A DNA stretch of 62,109 bases, from assembly GCA_018829385.1 (NCBI GenBank), contig JAHJUC010000361.1, forward strand, positions 1 through 62,109. The letters run 5' to 3'. Below, one piece after another: positions 20,721-29,718 of this stretch (within the stretch, counting starts at the first letter, position 1; every line of letters begins with the position of its first letter). The DNA is from Alphaproteobacteria bacterium (GTDB lineage Bacteria > Pseudomonadota > Alphaproteobacteria > Rhizobiales > Rhizobiaceae). A program made the translations under genes and the position numbers. Under the pieces are notes generated by a model that worked only from the letters and a program-made list of their open reading frames with translations, was not told the origin of the DNA and searched no databases.

Positions 20721-22082
20721 ATGTCCATGAAAAACATTGAAGACCTCCGGGCGCTTGGCCTTTTCGAAACGCGTGTCCCGCGCTACACCTCTTATCCGAC
20801 GGCGGCCGTCTTCACACCGCAAACCGGAGCCACCCTGCAGCAGGAAGCCCTGCGCAACCTCGATCCCGAGGTGCCGGTCTCAGTGTACATCCATATTCCC
20901 TTTTGTGAGCGATTGTGCTGGTTCTGCGCCTGTCATACACAGGGGACGAAAACCCTGGGCCCGGTCGAATCCTATGTCGAAACGCTGGAGGCAGAGCTTG
21001 CCTTGTTGCGGCTCACACTGCCCGAAGGGGTGCGCATGGGGCGACTGCACTGGGGCGGTGGCACGCCGACCATCCTGCCACCACCGCTGATCCATCGCCT
21101 TGCGCGCGCCATCCGCGCGGTTTTCCCTCCACACGACACTTTCGAGTTTTCGGTCGAGATCGACCCGACGATGGTCGACCGCGCCAAGATCGATGCGCTT
21201 GCTGAAGAAGGGATGACCCGCGCTTCCATCGGCATCCAGGATTTCGACACCGAGGTGCAGGCTGCCATCGGGCGCATTCAACCTTTCGACATCACACGGG
21301 CTTGCGTCGAGGATCTGCGCGCTGCCGGGATCACGTCGCTCAATACCGATCTTGTCTACGGGCTTCCCCATCAGACCACCGAGCGGATTGTCGATACCAT
21401 TGCCAAGGTGCGCAGCTTTGCGCCCGATCGCGTGGCCCTGTTTGGATATGCGCATGTGCCCTGGGTTTCCAAGCGGCAGAAGCTCATCGACGAGGAAGCA
21501 CTCCCCGATGACATGGCGCGCTACACGCTGGCGACCCTCGCATCGGCCGCGCTGCTTGACGCCGGAATGACCGCGATTGGTATCGATCACTTTGCCCGTC
21601 CGGGCGACGCTCTGGACACGGCGCTCAGGACCGGACGCCTCAGACGCAATTTCCAGGGCTATACGGCGGATACCTGCGAGACCCTGATCGGACTTGGTGC
21701 GTCGTCGATCTCGCGGTTCCCGGCAGGCTATGTTCAGAATGCCCCCGCCACGCCCGGCTATGCGAAGCGTATCCATGCGGGCACATTCGCAGGTTCACGA
21801 GGATACGAACTGACCGATGAGGACGCACTGCGCGCCCGGGCGATCGAGCTTCTGATGTGCTATTTCCGCCTCGATCTTGATGAGCTGCAGTCCCAGTGCG
21901 GACCGCGCGCCAGGTTACTGGCGCCAATCCTGTCGGGAATTGCTGCAAAATATGGTGATTTCGTCCACTTGGCCGGTCAGCGGCTGGAGATCTCGCCGAA
22001 AGGCCGGCCGCTGACACGCATGATCGCCGCCGAGTTCGATCAGCACGTTCCGGATCGCCTGACCTATTCCTGTGCATCCTGA
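20721..22082 (+). CDS. hemN: Oxygen-independent coproporphyrinogen III oxidase
   Basis: PRYTSYPTA, CERLCWFC radical-SAM motif, GGGTPT, RRNFQGY. Confidence 0.96.
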   Translation: MSMKNIEDLRALGLFETRVPRYTSYPTAAVFTPQTGATLQQEALRNLDPEVPVSVYIHIPFCERLCWFCACHTQGTKTLGPVESYVETLEAELALLRLTLPEGVRMGRLHWGGGTPTILPPPLIHRLARAIRAVFPPHDTFEFSVEIDPTMVDRAKIDALAEEGMTRASIGIQDFDTEVQAAIGRIQPFDITRACVEDLRAAGITSLNTDLVYGLPHQTTERIVDTIAKVRSFAPDRVALFGYAHVPWVSKRQKLIDEEALPDDMARYTLATLASAALLDAGMTAIGIDHFARPGDALDTALRTGRLRRNFQGYTADTCETLIGLGASSISRFPAGYVQNAPATPGYAKRIHAGTFAGSRGYELTDEDALRARAIELLMCYFRLDLDELQSQCGPRARLLAPILSGIAAKYGDFVHLAGQRLEISPKGRPLTRMIAAEFDQHVPDRLTYSCAS

Positions 22083-22293
22083 CCCCTGAGCGCTGCTGGT
22101 ATGGGCAAAGACAGCCGCAATGACTTTTCCCGTCCGTGGTCACTGCCGGGTGCACCGGATCGCCATGCTGCAAAAGGCCGAGATCTGACCGAAGCCTGAC
22201 CGGCGCAGCCTTATCGGCAATTCCGCGGACGCATAGCCCTAGCAAACGACCAGTCCCGTTGTGTCGATCACGGGCTGGCGCGCGCTCCATCAG

Positions 22294-22536
22294 TCAATGG
22301 GGCATCGGCTCTCGATCTGCCACGTCCATCAGATGCCGGATATGACGTGCGAAAAGCCAGGTGGCCGGCGCGCCTATGATGCAGCCGAGACCGATTGACC
22401 AGCCAGTCGAGGCGACCGGTCCGCCGATCCAGCTGAAAATCAGCGATGCGAAGAACACGTTGACCGCCGCAGCCCCCGCCCCGAACGGATAGAGGGCGAG
22501 CATGATTCGAGCTGTGGACCAGCCCCGGCGCCTCAT
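22294..22536 (-). CDS. NnrT-like small membrane protein
   Basis: LYPFGAGA.AVN.FFASL; last gene of the nor operon, ATGA-coupled to the gene upstream. Confidence 0.7.
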   Translation of the reverse strand: MRRRGWSTARIMLALYPFGAGAAAVNVFFASLIFSWIGGPVASTGWSIGLGCIIGAPATWLFARHIRHLMDVADREPMPH

Positions 22537-22709
22537 CTCCGCGCCACCATCCGCTGCACCATAACAAGTGCCACGATCAATGCGAGGCTGGCGAGGGCGA
22601 ACCAGAATTCAGCCGTTGCCGATTGGGCTTGCGGGATGGGCCGGTCAAAGCTGTTCGCCAGAACAGGCGATGTGATGAGGGTCGCGAGAAAGAGCGTCAG
22701 GCTGCGCAT
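22533..22709 (-). CDS. NnrT-like small protein (58 aa), absent from the ORF track
   Basis: Manual translation MRSLTLFLATLITSPVLANSFDRPIPQAQSATAEFWFALASLALIVALVMVQRMVARR; GGAG RBS; fills the norD-22536 gap. Confidence 0.75.
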   Translation of the reverse strand: MRSLTLFLATLITSPVLANSFDRPIPQAQSATAEFWFALASLALIVALVMVQRMVARR

Positions 22710-22710
22710 G

Positions 22711-24594
22711 TCAATTCTCCTGTGTGAGCGTGCGATAGATGTCGGGAAGCGCGCGGGTCAGGCGCGCAGGGTTGGGCAGCAGGCTAAAGCCGCCGCGCCC
22801 GAAGATGCGGGAGAACCAGTCCTGCCCGTCCTCATCGATGATGATGCCGTGCAGTCTCTGACCGGCATGACGGGCCTCGCGAACAGCCATGTGACTGTCC
22901 TCGATGCCATGCTGGCCTTCGTAATGATCGAGATCGTTGGGCTTGCCATCGGTAAGCACGATCAACACCTTGCGGGTGCTTGGCTCCTTGGCCAGTTGCG
23001 CGCTGACATGGCGCATGGCGGCGCCGAGGCGCGTGTAATGGCCCGGCTTGAGCGCGCCGATATTGGCGGCGATGTCGGGTGACATGCGATCCTCGAAGCT
23101 CTTGCAGAGGCTCAGGAACACCCGGTCGCGGCGCAACGAGGAAAATCCCCAGATCCCCAGTCTATCGCCCGCCGCGTCGATGCCTGCGGCCAGCGCCGCC
23201 ATCGCCTCTCGGGCGACCTCGATCACCGACGTGTCGCCGATCGCCGCCTCTGTCGAGCGCGACGTGTCGATCAGAAAGGCTACAGACAGATCGCGCTCGG
23301 TCTGGCGCGCCGATTGCCAAATCCGGTCGGAGCCGCGCCCGGTGGCGATCAGCTCGGCCCGTGCGGTCAGCAGGGCGTCGAGATCCAGTTCCGTCCCCTC
23401 GATCTGGCGCGGTTGCAGGATGCGGCGCGGGCGCAGCGCCTCGAACTGGCGACGCACCTCGCGCATCCGGCGTTCATCTGGCACGAAGACAGTGTTCGAC
23501 CGGGCCACGGGCGCGTCGAGCACGCGACAATGATCCGGCATGTAGCTGCGCGCGCGATGGTTCCATTCAGGATAGGTATGCACCCCCGCCAGCGCCTCGT
23601 GGTCGGCATCGGCAGGCGAGAGGTCGAGATGCAGGCGCAGCCGCGTCGCGGCCTTGCGATCCTGCTTCGAGAGCGTGATTTCGTCCTGGTCATCCGCCGC
23701 CTTCTGGGCGTTCTCGTCATCGTCATCATCGACGCTGCGATTGATGTTCATCGATTCAACCCACGACAGGATCGATTCGAACCTGTGCATGATGAAGCTG
23801 TCCTTGCGATTGTGCTGGTCCTGGTCCTTGCGCCGCCCCAGCTTGCGGCTGGTCGACGCGGCTGCTGGCGGCGGAGCCGCAGGATCCGCCGCCTCCTCGT
23901 TCGCTGCATTGCCCAGAGATGCGGTCCCGAACCGCAGCCAGATCGGCACCTGGGCGAAGGGCATGTAATCCGCTGGCACGGGATGGGCCGCGACATCGGG
24001 GGCCGCACAGCCGAGCTGCTTGCGAATAGCCGTCTCGATGCTGGCCTCCTGCGCGGGCCGGAGGATATCCGGCCGCGCCTTCACAGAAAGCCTCGCCATC
24101 GTCTTGTAGGCATCCCGCAGACCGGGACACGCAGCAAAGGCCGCATCCGTCGCCATCGCATTCGCATGTATCTGAGCGCGATCCTGGGTCGCTCCGTCGG
24201 CTGTCGGATCGATCACCGTCATATCGCAGACCGCCGCAAGCGCCGTCAGCCAGAAATACGCGGCCCGGTTCAGCGCCGGATCGGGAAAGGCCGCGATCAC
24301 GGGCGGCAAGGTCAGCTGCTCGCCATTGAATCCCGCAACCCACTCGCGGTCCCGCTCCGCGCCCAGCTTGCGGCGCAATTGCCGGCGATGGCGCACGAGT
24401 GTCGCCGCTGCCTCGCTCAGTTCCACGCCGGGCGCCCCGCCAAGCGAGCGAAACAGCACGGCCAGGCTGGGCCGGACCGAGGCAAGCGCGACACCGGCAT
24501 CGGGATAGGTGATATCCGCACCGATCCTGCTGGCCATGTCATGCCAGAGATTGCCGACCGTCTCTTCAGGCTCCATGAGGTCGAGAAGGTGCAT
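22711..24594 (-). CDS. norD: NorD vWA accessory protein
   Basis: EPEETVG, DTSRST MIDAS, TRLGAA, TDGKPND. Confidence 0.95.
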   Translation of the reverse strand: MHLLDLMEPEETVGNLWHDMASRIGADITYPDAGVALASVRPSLAVLFRSLGGAPGVELSEAAATLVRHRRQLRRKLGAERDREWVAGFNGEQLTLPPVIAAFPDPALNRAAYFWLTALAAVCDMTVIDPTADGATQDRAQIHANAMATDAAFAACPGLRDAYKTMARLSVKARPDILRPAQEASIETAIRKQLGCAAPDVAAHPVPADYMPFAQVPIWLRFGTASLGNAANEEAADPAAPPPAAASTSRKLGRRKDQDQHNRKDSFIMHRFESILSWVESMNINRSVDDDDDENAQKAADDQDEITLSKQDRKAATRLRLHLDLSPADADHEALAGVHTYPEWNHRARSYMPDHCRVLDAPVARSNTVFVPDERRMREVRRQFEALRPRRILQPRQIEGTELDLDALLTARAELIATGRGSDRIWQSARQTERDLSVAFLIDTSRSTEAAIGDTSVIEVAREAMAALAAGIDAAGDRLGIWGFSSLRRDRVFLSLCKSFEDRMSPDIAANIGALKPGHYTRLGAAMRHVSAQLAKEPSTRKVLIVLTDGKPNDLDHYEGQHGIEDSHMAVREARHAGQRLHGIIIDEDGQDWFSRIFGRGGFSLLPNPARLTRALPDIYRTLTQEN

Positions 24595-24599
24595 TGCGC

Positions 24600-25394
24600 T
24601 TATCCGTAGATGGTGGCTACGAGATCGCGCAGCGCCTGCTGCACATCCGGCTCGTCGCTCAGCGGTTCGATCACCGCCGCCTCAAGCGCCTGCTCGACGC
24701 TCATGCCGCCCGCCATCAAGGTGGCGGCATAGATCAGCAGCCGGGTGGACACGCCTTCCTCGAGGTCCATGCCGGAGAGCTTGCGTATATGCCCCGCCAA
24801 CCGCACCAGAGGCGCCACGCGCCCGGGCTCCAACCGGCTTTCGCTGGCCACGACCGCGATCTCGATTTCGGAAACCGGGAAGTCGAACGAGATCGACAGG
24901 AATCGCTGACGCGTCGACGGCTTCAGCCGTTTGAGAACGTTCTGGTAACCGGGGTTGTAGCTGGCCACCAGCATGAACCCGGAAGGCGCCACCAGTTCTT
25001 CGCCGGTGCGGTCGATCATTAGCGTACGGCGCGTGTCCGTCAGAGGGTGCAGCACGACGGTCACGTCCTTGCGCGCCTCAACGACTTCGTCGAGGTAACA
25101 GATCCCGCCCTCGCGCACCGCCCGCGTCAGCGGTCCATCCACCCAGACCGTCTCGCCGCCCTTGAGCAGATATCGCCCGATCAGGTCTGAGGCCGACAGG
25201 TCGTCATGGCATGCCACCGTGTGGAGCTGCTTGCCGAGGCGCGCGGCCATGTGTTCGACGAAGCGGGTCTTGCCGCAACCGGTCGGTCCCTTCAGAAGAA
25301 GGGGCAGACCGTTTTCATGTGCCATCTCGAAGAGCTCGCATTCGCGGCCCGTCTGCTGATAGAACGGCAGGCTCGGCTTGAATGTCATGTTCAT
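24600..25394 (-). CDS. norQ: NorQ AAA+ ATPase
   Basis: GPTGCGKTRFV, YLDEVVEAR, SYNPGYQ; real start MNMTFKP. Confidence 0.96.
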   Translation of the reverse strand: MNMTFKPSLPFYQQTGRECELFEMAHENGLPLLLKGPTGCGKTRFVEHMAARLGKQLHTVACHDDLSASDLIGRYLLKGGETVWVDGPLTRAVREGGICYLDEVVEARKDVTVVLHPLTDTRRTLMIDRTGEELVAPSGFMLVASYNPGYQNVLKRLKPSTRQRFLSISFDFPVSEIEIAVVASESRLEPGRVAPLVRLAGHIRKLSGMDLEEGVSTRLLIYAATLMAGGMSVEQALEAAVIEPLSDEPDVQQALRDLVATIYG

Positions 25395-25396
25395 TC

Positions 25397-26746
25397 TCAT
25401 ACCTCCCGAACCGGGTTGGCGGGACCGGGTGCGATGATCTCGAACTTGCGCGCGACCAGCATGGAATAGATGAACAACAAGGCGCCGATCACCACCGCGG
25501 CACCCGCGCCAAACCGCATCAGGTAGAAAACCGACAGGCTGTCCTGCACGGCCATATAGTAGTCGCCGATCACACGCTGCATATGCGTCTGGATGGTTCC
25601 GGCGAAGGTCAGCACGAAGGTCATGAAGGCCATGCCGCCGGTCATCAGCCAGAAGGAGGCCATGTTCAGCACCTGGTTGTAGGGCGGGCGTTCGCGCAGC
25701 AGGGGCATCGCATAGGTGAAGATCGCAAGGTTCAGCGCGACGTAGGCGCCGAAAAAGGCAAGGTGCCCATGCGCGGCGGTGATCTGCGTCCCGTGGCTGT
25801 AGAAGTTCACCCCGTGCAGCGTGTGCAGGAACCCCCAGACACCGGCCCCGAAGAAGGCGACCGTGCTCGAGCCCAGTGACCACAGCAACGCGGCCTTGTT
25901 CGGGTGGTTCCTGCGGCCCTTCCACACCATGACGAAGGCAAACGACATCATCAGGAAGAAGGGGATGACCTCGAAGGTCGAGAAGATCGAGCCGACCCAT
26001 TGCCAATAGCCTGGCAGGCCGATCCAGTAGAAGTGGTGTCCGGTCCCCAGAATGCCCGAGAAAAGCGCGGTGGCGACGATGACGTAAAGCCATTTCTCCA
26101 CCACTTCCCGGTCCACGCCGGTCAGCTTGAGCAGCAGGAAGGCGAGGATAGCGGCCATCACCAGCTCCCATGTCGCCTCGACCCAGAGGTGGACAACGAA
26201 CCACCAGTACATCTTGTCGAGACTGAGGTTGTCGGGGTTGATGAAGGCGAAGACCCACAGCAGCGACAACAGCCACAGCCCCATCAGCAGAACGTTGGTG
26301 ATCGCCGTCTTCTTGCCGGCCAGAACCGTCATCGAAATGTTGAGCAGAAAAATCAACGCGGCAACGAGGATGCCGAACTTGACCCAAAGCGGCTGTTCGA
26401 GGAACTCGCGCCCGCCATGGATACCTGCGAGGTAGGAACCCACGGCCCCCAACGTGCCCACGACGAGGATGACAAGCTGAAGATAGGCGAGCTTCGGCGA
26501 CCAGATCTCACGCTCGGATTCTTCGGGAACCAGAAAATAGGCAGCTCCGAAGAAGCCCAGCAACAGCCAGACGATGAGGGCGTTGGTGTGGATCATGCGG
26601 ATGATGTTGAACGGCAGGATCTCGGCCAGGAAGTTGGGCGAGACATAAATCCAACCCGCCAGTAGCCCGCCCAGAACCTGAATGCCGAAAAGGGCCATGG
26701 CCGCGAGAAAATAATAGAGCGCTACTTTTTGTGATTTGTATTTCAT
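25397..26746 (-). CDS. norB: c-type NO reductase large subunit
   Basis: HTN, VHLWVE, GTGHH, HGHLAF. Confidence 0.97.
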   Translation of the reverse strand: MKYKSQKVALYYFLAAMALFGIQVLGGLLAGWIYVSPNFLAEILPFNIIRMIHTNALIVWLLLGFFGAAYFLVPEESEREIWSPKLAYLQLVILVVGTLGAVGSYLAGIHGGREFLEQPLWVKFGILVAALIFLLNISMTVLAGKKTAITNVLLMGLWLLSLLWVFAFINPDNLSLDKMYWWFVVHLWVEATWELVMAAILAFLLLKLTGVDREVVEKWLYVIVATALFSGILGTGHHFYWIGLPGYWQWVGSIFSTFEVIPFFLMMSFAFVMVWKGRRNHPNKAALLWSLGSSTVAFFGAGVWGFLHTLHGVNFYSHGTQITAAHGHLAFFGAYVALNLAIFTYAMPLLRERPPYNQVLNMASFWLMTGGMAFMTFVLTFAGTIQTHMQRVIGDYYMAVQDSLSVFYLMRFGAGAAVVIGALLFIYSMLVARKFEIIAPGPANPVREV

Positions 26747-26759
26747 GGGTTTCCACTCC

Positions 26760-27212
26760 TTACCCGGCATCGTTGGGCGGCCAGCCCTGGGTGTCTGTTT
26801 GATCGGCCCACCGCAGGAACTCCGCGAGGCCGCGGATGTCTTCGTCGGTGAGATTGAAATTCGGCATCTGGCGGCGTCCATCGACGCCCGACGGCTGGCT
26901 TTCCATCCAACCCTTGAGCATCTCGAACGCATCGTCCGGGCTGTCCTGCACGCCCCATCGGGTCATCACGTTGCCGACCTCGGGCGCGAAATAGGCGCCT
27001 TCGCCATGCAGGGTGTGGCAATTGATGCAGGAATTCTTTTCCCAGACGTGCTTGCCGCGGATCACCTCGTTGCTCAGCGCCATGCCCGCGGTCGAGACCT
27101 CCACCACATATCTGTGGCTGTGGATGGTCATGGCCACGAAGATCACGACAAAGAAGATCGAGCCCCCATAGAAAATGTTGCGTGCCCGTGATTTTGTTAG
27201 AATTTCAGCCAT
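26760..27212 (-). CDS. norC: NO reductase cytochrome c subunit
   Basis: N-terminal TM helix, CINCH, GEGAYFAPE, RRQMP. Confidence 0.97.
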   Translation of the reverse strand: MAEILTKSRARNIFYGGSIFFVVIFVAMTIHSHRYVVEVSTAGMALSNEVIRGKHVWEKNSCINCHTLHGEGAYFAPEVGNVMTRWGVQDSPDDAFEMLKGWMESQPSGVDGRRQMPNFNLTDEDIRGLAEFLRWADQTDTQGWPPNDAG

Positions 27213-27269
27213 GTTCAGGCCTCCTTGAATTCGGGATGACCTGCTTTAGCGGGCTTTCGGTGGGGGAGT

Positions 27270-27283
27270 TTGTGCCAGCGCAA
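27270..27283. promoter_or_regulatory. NnrR-type box upstream of norC
   Basis: TTGCGCTGGCACAA on the minus strand. Confidence 0.7.
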
Positions 27284-27572
27284 GCTTTGAAACGAATTCG
27301 TGAACGGCAGTGTCGGCGACAGCGGACAAGAAGCCGCCCACTGAGCAAGGCCTAAAGGTAACGGGTGGCCAATCTCCGGTCTCGGGATTCAGGCGGACGA
27401 CGCGACAGGCAAGCGCTTCGGGCTTGCAGTCATAGGATCAAGCAGAGTGCCGGCCGTGAGACACGGCCCGCTCTCGGGGCGACCGGCGCGATCGGCCTGC
27501 TCCGCACTCCGATTCTATCGCCTGTGGCCATTCACCGGAACGGTGATCCGGACCCCGGCAGCGGGAAACGCT

Positions 27573-28751
27573 TCATTCGACCAGCAGCTTCTCGTAGCGG
27601 GCGTCGGTCAGGGTTTTGAGGAAATCCACCAGCGCGTCCACGCGCCTGTCGTCCAGCGCCGGGCCGTGCGTCAGTTCCTTGACCGCCAAGGTCTCAGGCA
27701 CGGGGGGAAATCCGAACGGTTTGCCCGTCTCCGGGTTAAGCTGGGCTTCGGCGGCCGTGGAATTGTAGCGGTTGTAGAAGCTTACCACCGTCCTGAGATC
27801 CTCGAACACCCCATTGTGCATGTAGGGGCTCGTCACCGCAACATTGCGCAGCGTCGGCGTACGGAATTTGCCCCGCTCTTCCAAGGAATTCACATGTGGA
27901 TTGCCCGCAAGACCGGGATCGACCGTCCCGGCGGTAACGCCATTGGCTTGGCGGAGCTGCGTGTTCTCGGGAACGCCGATGTTGTGATAGCGGTGATCGG
28001 TGAAGGTCTCCCGCGGATCCATCTGCCTGCGGGAGAGTTGGTGGCACTGGCTGCAATTGGTGAACTGCTCCGAGAAGAACAGCACCCTGCCCAGTTCCTC
28101 CTCGTTGGTCAGCTTCGCTTCGCCGCGCAGGAAGCGGTCATATCTGGAATCGAACGCCGCGAACATGTCTGTCCGCTCGAACGCCGCGATCGCCTTGGTC
28201 AACGCCTCATAGGCGGCGTCCGGAGCCTCCAGCGTGCCCGCGCCGAACAGCTTCGGGAAGACCGACTGGTAAACCGCGTTCTCACGCAGCCGTTCAGCGA
28301 CGGCAGCCTTGTCGGGCATGCCCATCTCGGACGGATTGAGTGGCGGCCCACCCGTCTGATCCTCCAGCGTCGGCGCCCGCCCGTCATGAAACAGGCCGCC
28401 GACCCATTGGCTGTCCCTCCCCCGGTGAAGCGGCGGCACCAGCGCAGCATAGGCGGCGGTCGGGGCGTTGCGGTCGCCCAGCGATTTGCCGTCGTCGCCA
28501 AGCGACGCAGCAAGCCCGCGAGAATCGGTGAAGCCCCTGCCGGGATCGTGGCAGGTCGCGCAGGACTGCGTGCGGTGGAGGGACAGATTGGAATCAAATA
28601 ACAGTATTTCGCCAAGCGTCGCCAAAGCTTCGGGATCGGCGGCCGCGACATCGGTCGCCGATTCCCGCGCGGCAAGCAGCATCGCACCGTCCGACGCAAG
28701 CGCCGTGGTTACCGTCGCGAGCAGGCTGATGGCAAGGGCATATCGCTTCAT
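27573..28751 (-). CDS. Di-heme cytochrome c peroxidase, MauG-like
   Basis: Signal peptide, CATCH and CSQCH, RNAPT, TPTLRNVAVT.PYMHNG. Confidence 0.9.
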   Translation of the reverse strand: MKRYALAISLLATVTTALASDGAMLLAARESATDVAAADPEALATLGEILLFDSNLSLHRTQSCATCHDPGRGFTDSRGLAASLGDDGKSLGDRNAPTAAYAALVPPLHRGRDSQWVGGLFHDGRAPTLEDQTGGPPLNPSEMGMPDKAAVAERLRENAVYQSVFPKLFGAGTLEAPDAAYEALTKAIAAFERTDMFAAFDSRYDRFLRGEAKLTNEEELGRVLFFSEQFTNCSQCHQLSRRQMDPRETFTDHRYHNIGVPENTQLRQANGVTAGTVDPGLAGNPHVNSLEERGKFRTPTLRNVAVTSPYMHNGVFEDLRTVVSFYNRYNSTAAEAQLNPETGKPFGFPPVPETLAVKELTHGPALDDRRVDALVDFLKTLTDARYEKLLVE

Positions 28752-28801
28752 TGGAGTCTTCCGCAACTTGGCATTTCTAGTGTCGTGACGCCCTTCCGGT
28801 C

Positions 28802-28815
28802 GTGACCCAGGTCAA
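28802..28815. promoter_or_regulatory. FNR/FixK-type box upstream of the MauG-like gene
   Basis: TTGACCTGGGTCAC on the minus strand; one mismatch from a perfect palindrome. Confidence 0.5.
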
Positions 28816-28841
28816 GCATAGCGGAGAAGACATCGAGCTGG

Positions 28842-29198
28842 TCACCAAGGTCGCCATGACCGCGGCTTCGCCTTCGGCCGCCGCGCCACCGCGGCACCGG
28901 ACATCATGTCGGGACTCCACGGAGGATCATAAGTGACCGCCACTTCGGCTGCCGTTACGCCCGGAACCGACAAGGCGGCGCGCTGCACACCATCCTTCAG
29001 GTAGCCCACGGCCGGACACCCCTGCGTCGTGGTGGTCATGACCACATGGGCAGTGGCGCGATGGTCGACCGCCACGAAGTATACAAGTCCGAGATCGATC
29101 AAGTTCTCGCCCAGTTCCGGATCGATGACGCCGCGCAGAGATTGCCTGACGGCGTCGGCCAGGGATTGCCTGTCATCCGCTTCAGGCGCGAGGTTCAT
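28842..29198 (-). CDS. DUF59 (SufT/PaaD-like) metal-sulfur cluster assembly factor
   Basis: VIDPELGENLIDLGLVY, TTTTQGCP, PPWSPDMM. Confidence 0.9.
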   Translation of the reverse strand: MNLAPEADDRQSLADAVRQSLRGVIDPELGENLIDLGLVYFVAVDHRATAHVVMTTTTQGCPAVGYLKDGVQRAALSVPGVTAAEVAVTYDPPWSPDMMSGAAVARRPKAKPRSWRPW

Positions 29199-29704
29199 GG
29201 CGCGGTCCCGATCCGCACCAGCAGGCGATAAGTGACGCCATCTGGATCAAAGCCGCCGCGCCACTCGTGCTTCCTCTCTGCAAGCTGCGGGAACAGGAAG
29301 GCGGGTTCCCGGTCGAGCAGGACTTCCATCACTTCTCCCTGTTGCATCGCCTCCGCGGCTCCGAGCACTTTCACCATCGGCTCGGGCGGCGTCAGTCCGC
29401 GGTTGTCAAGACGCATCAGCGGGCCTGGCCAGCATGCGGCGGAGACGTCTCCCGCCGCGGCTGTGGCCGCCGGTACAGGTGCCGGCGTGAACAACACTTC
29501 CCAGTCCCCGCCGCCGATCTCCCGGTCCTCGTGCGTGAAGCCTTTCGACCCGAGCGCCGCAAACAGCGGCACGGGCCGGAACGGCGCAAGCAGACGAAGG
29601 CCCTCGTCGGGGTCGAGCGACGCCACCGTCTCCATGATCCGGCCGAACGGCTCGCCTCCCGCCGCCAGGATCGGCCGGACGTCCAGTTCCACGTATTTTT
29701 TCAT
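29195..29704 (-). CDS. Two-domain DUF2249 protein (TusA/SirA-like C-terminal domain)
   Basis: LDVRPIL..GGEPF..IM, APF.PVPL, LDNRGL.PPEPM; AAGGAG RBS. Confidence 0.88.
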   Translation of the reverse strand: MKKYVELDVRPILAAGGEPFGRIMETVASLDPDEGLRLLAPFRPVPLFAALGSKGFTHEDREIGGGDWEVLFTPAPVPAATAAAGDVSAACWPGPLMRLDNRGLTPPEPMVKVLGAAEAMQQGEVMEVLLDREPAFLFPQLAERKHEWRGGFDPDGVTYRLLVRIGTAP

Positions 29705-29718
29705 GATCATGCTCCTTT

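Noticed and set aside
24600-26387. 595-aa extended NorQ
   Set aside because: The N-terminal part is an alternative frame of norB; NorQ starts at about 25394 after a GGAGG RBS.
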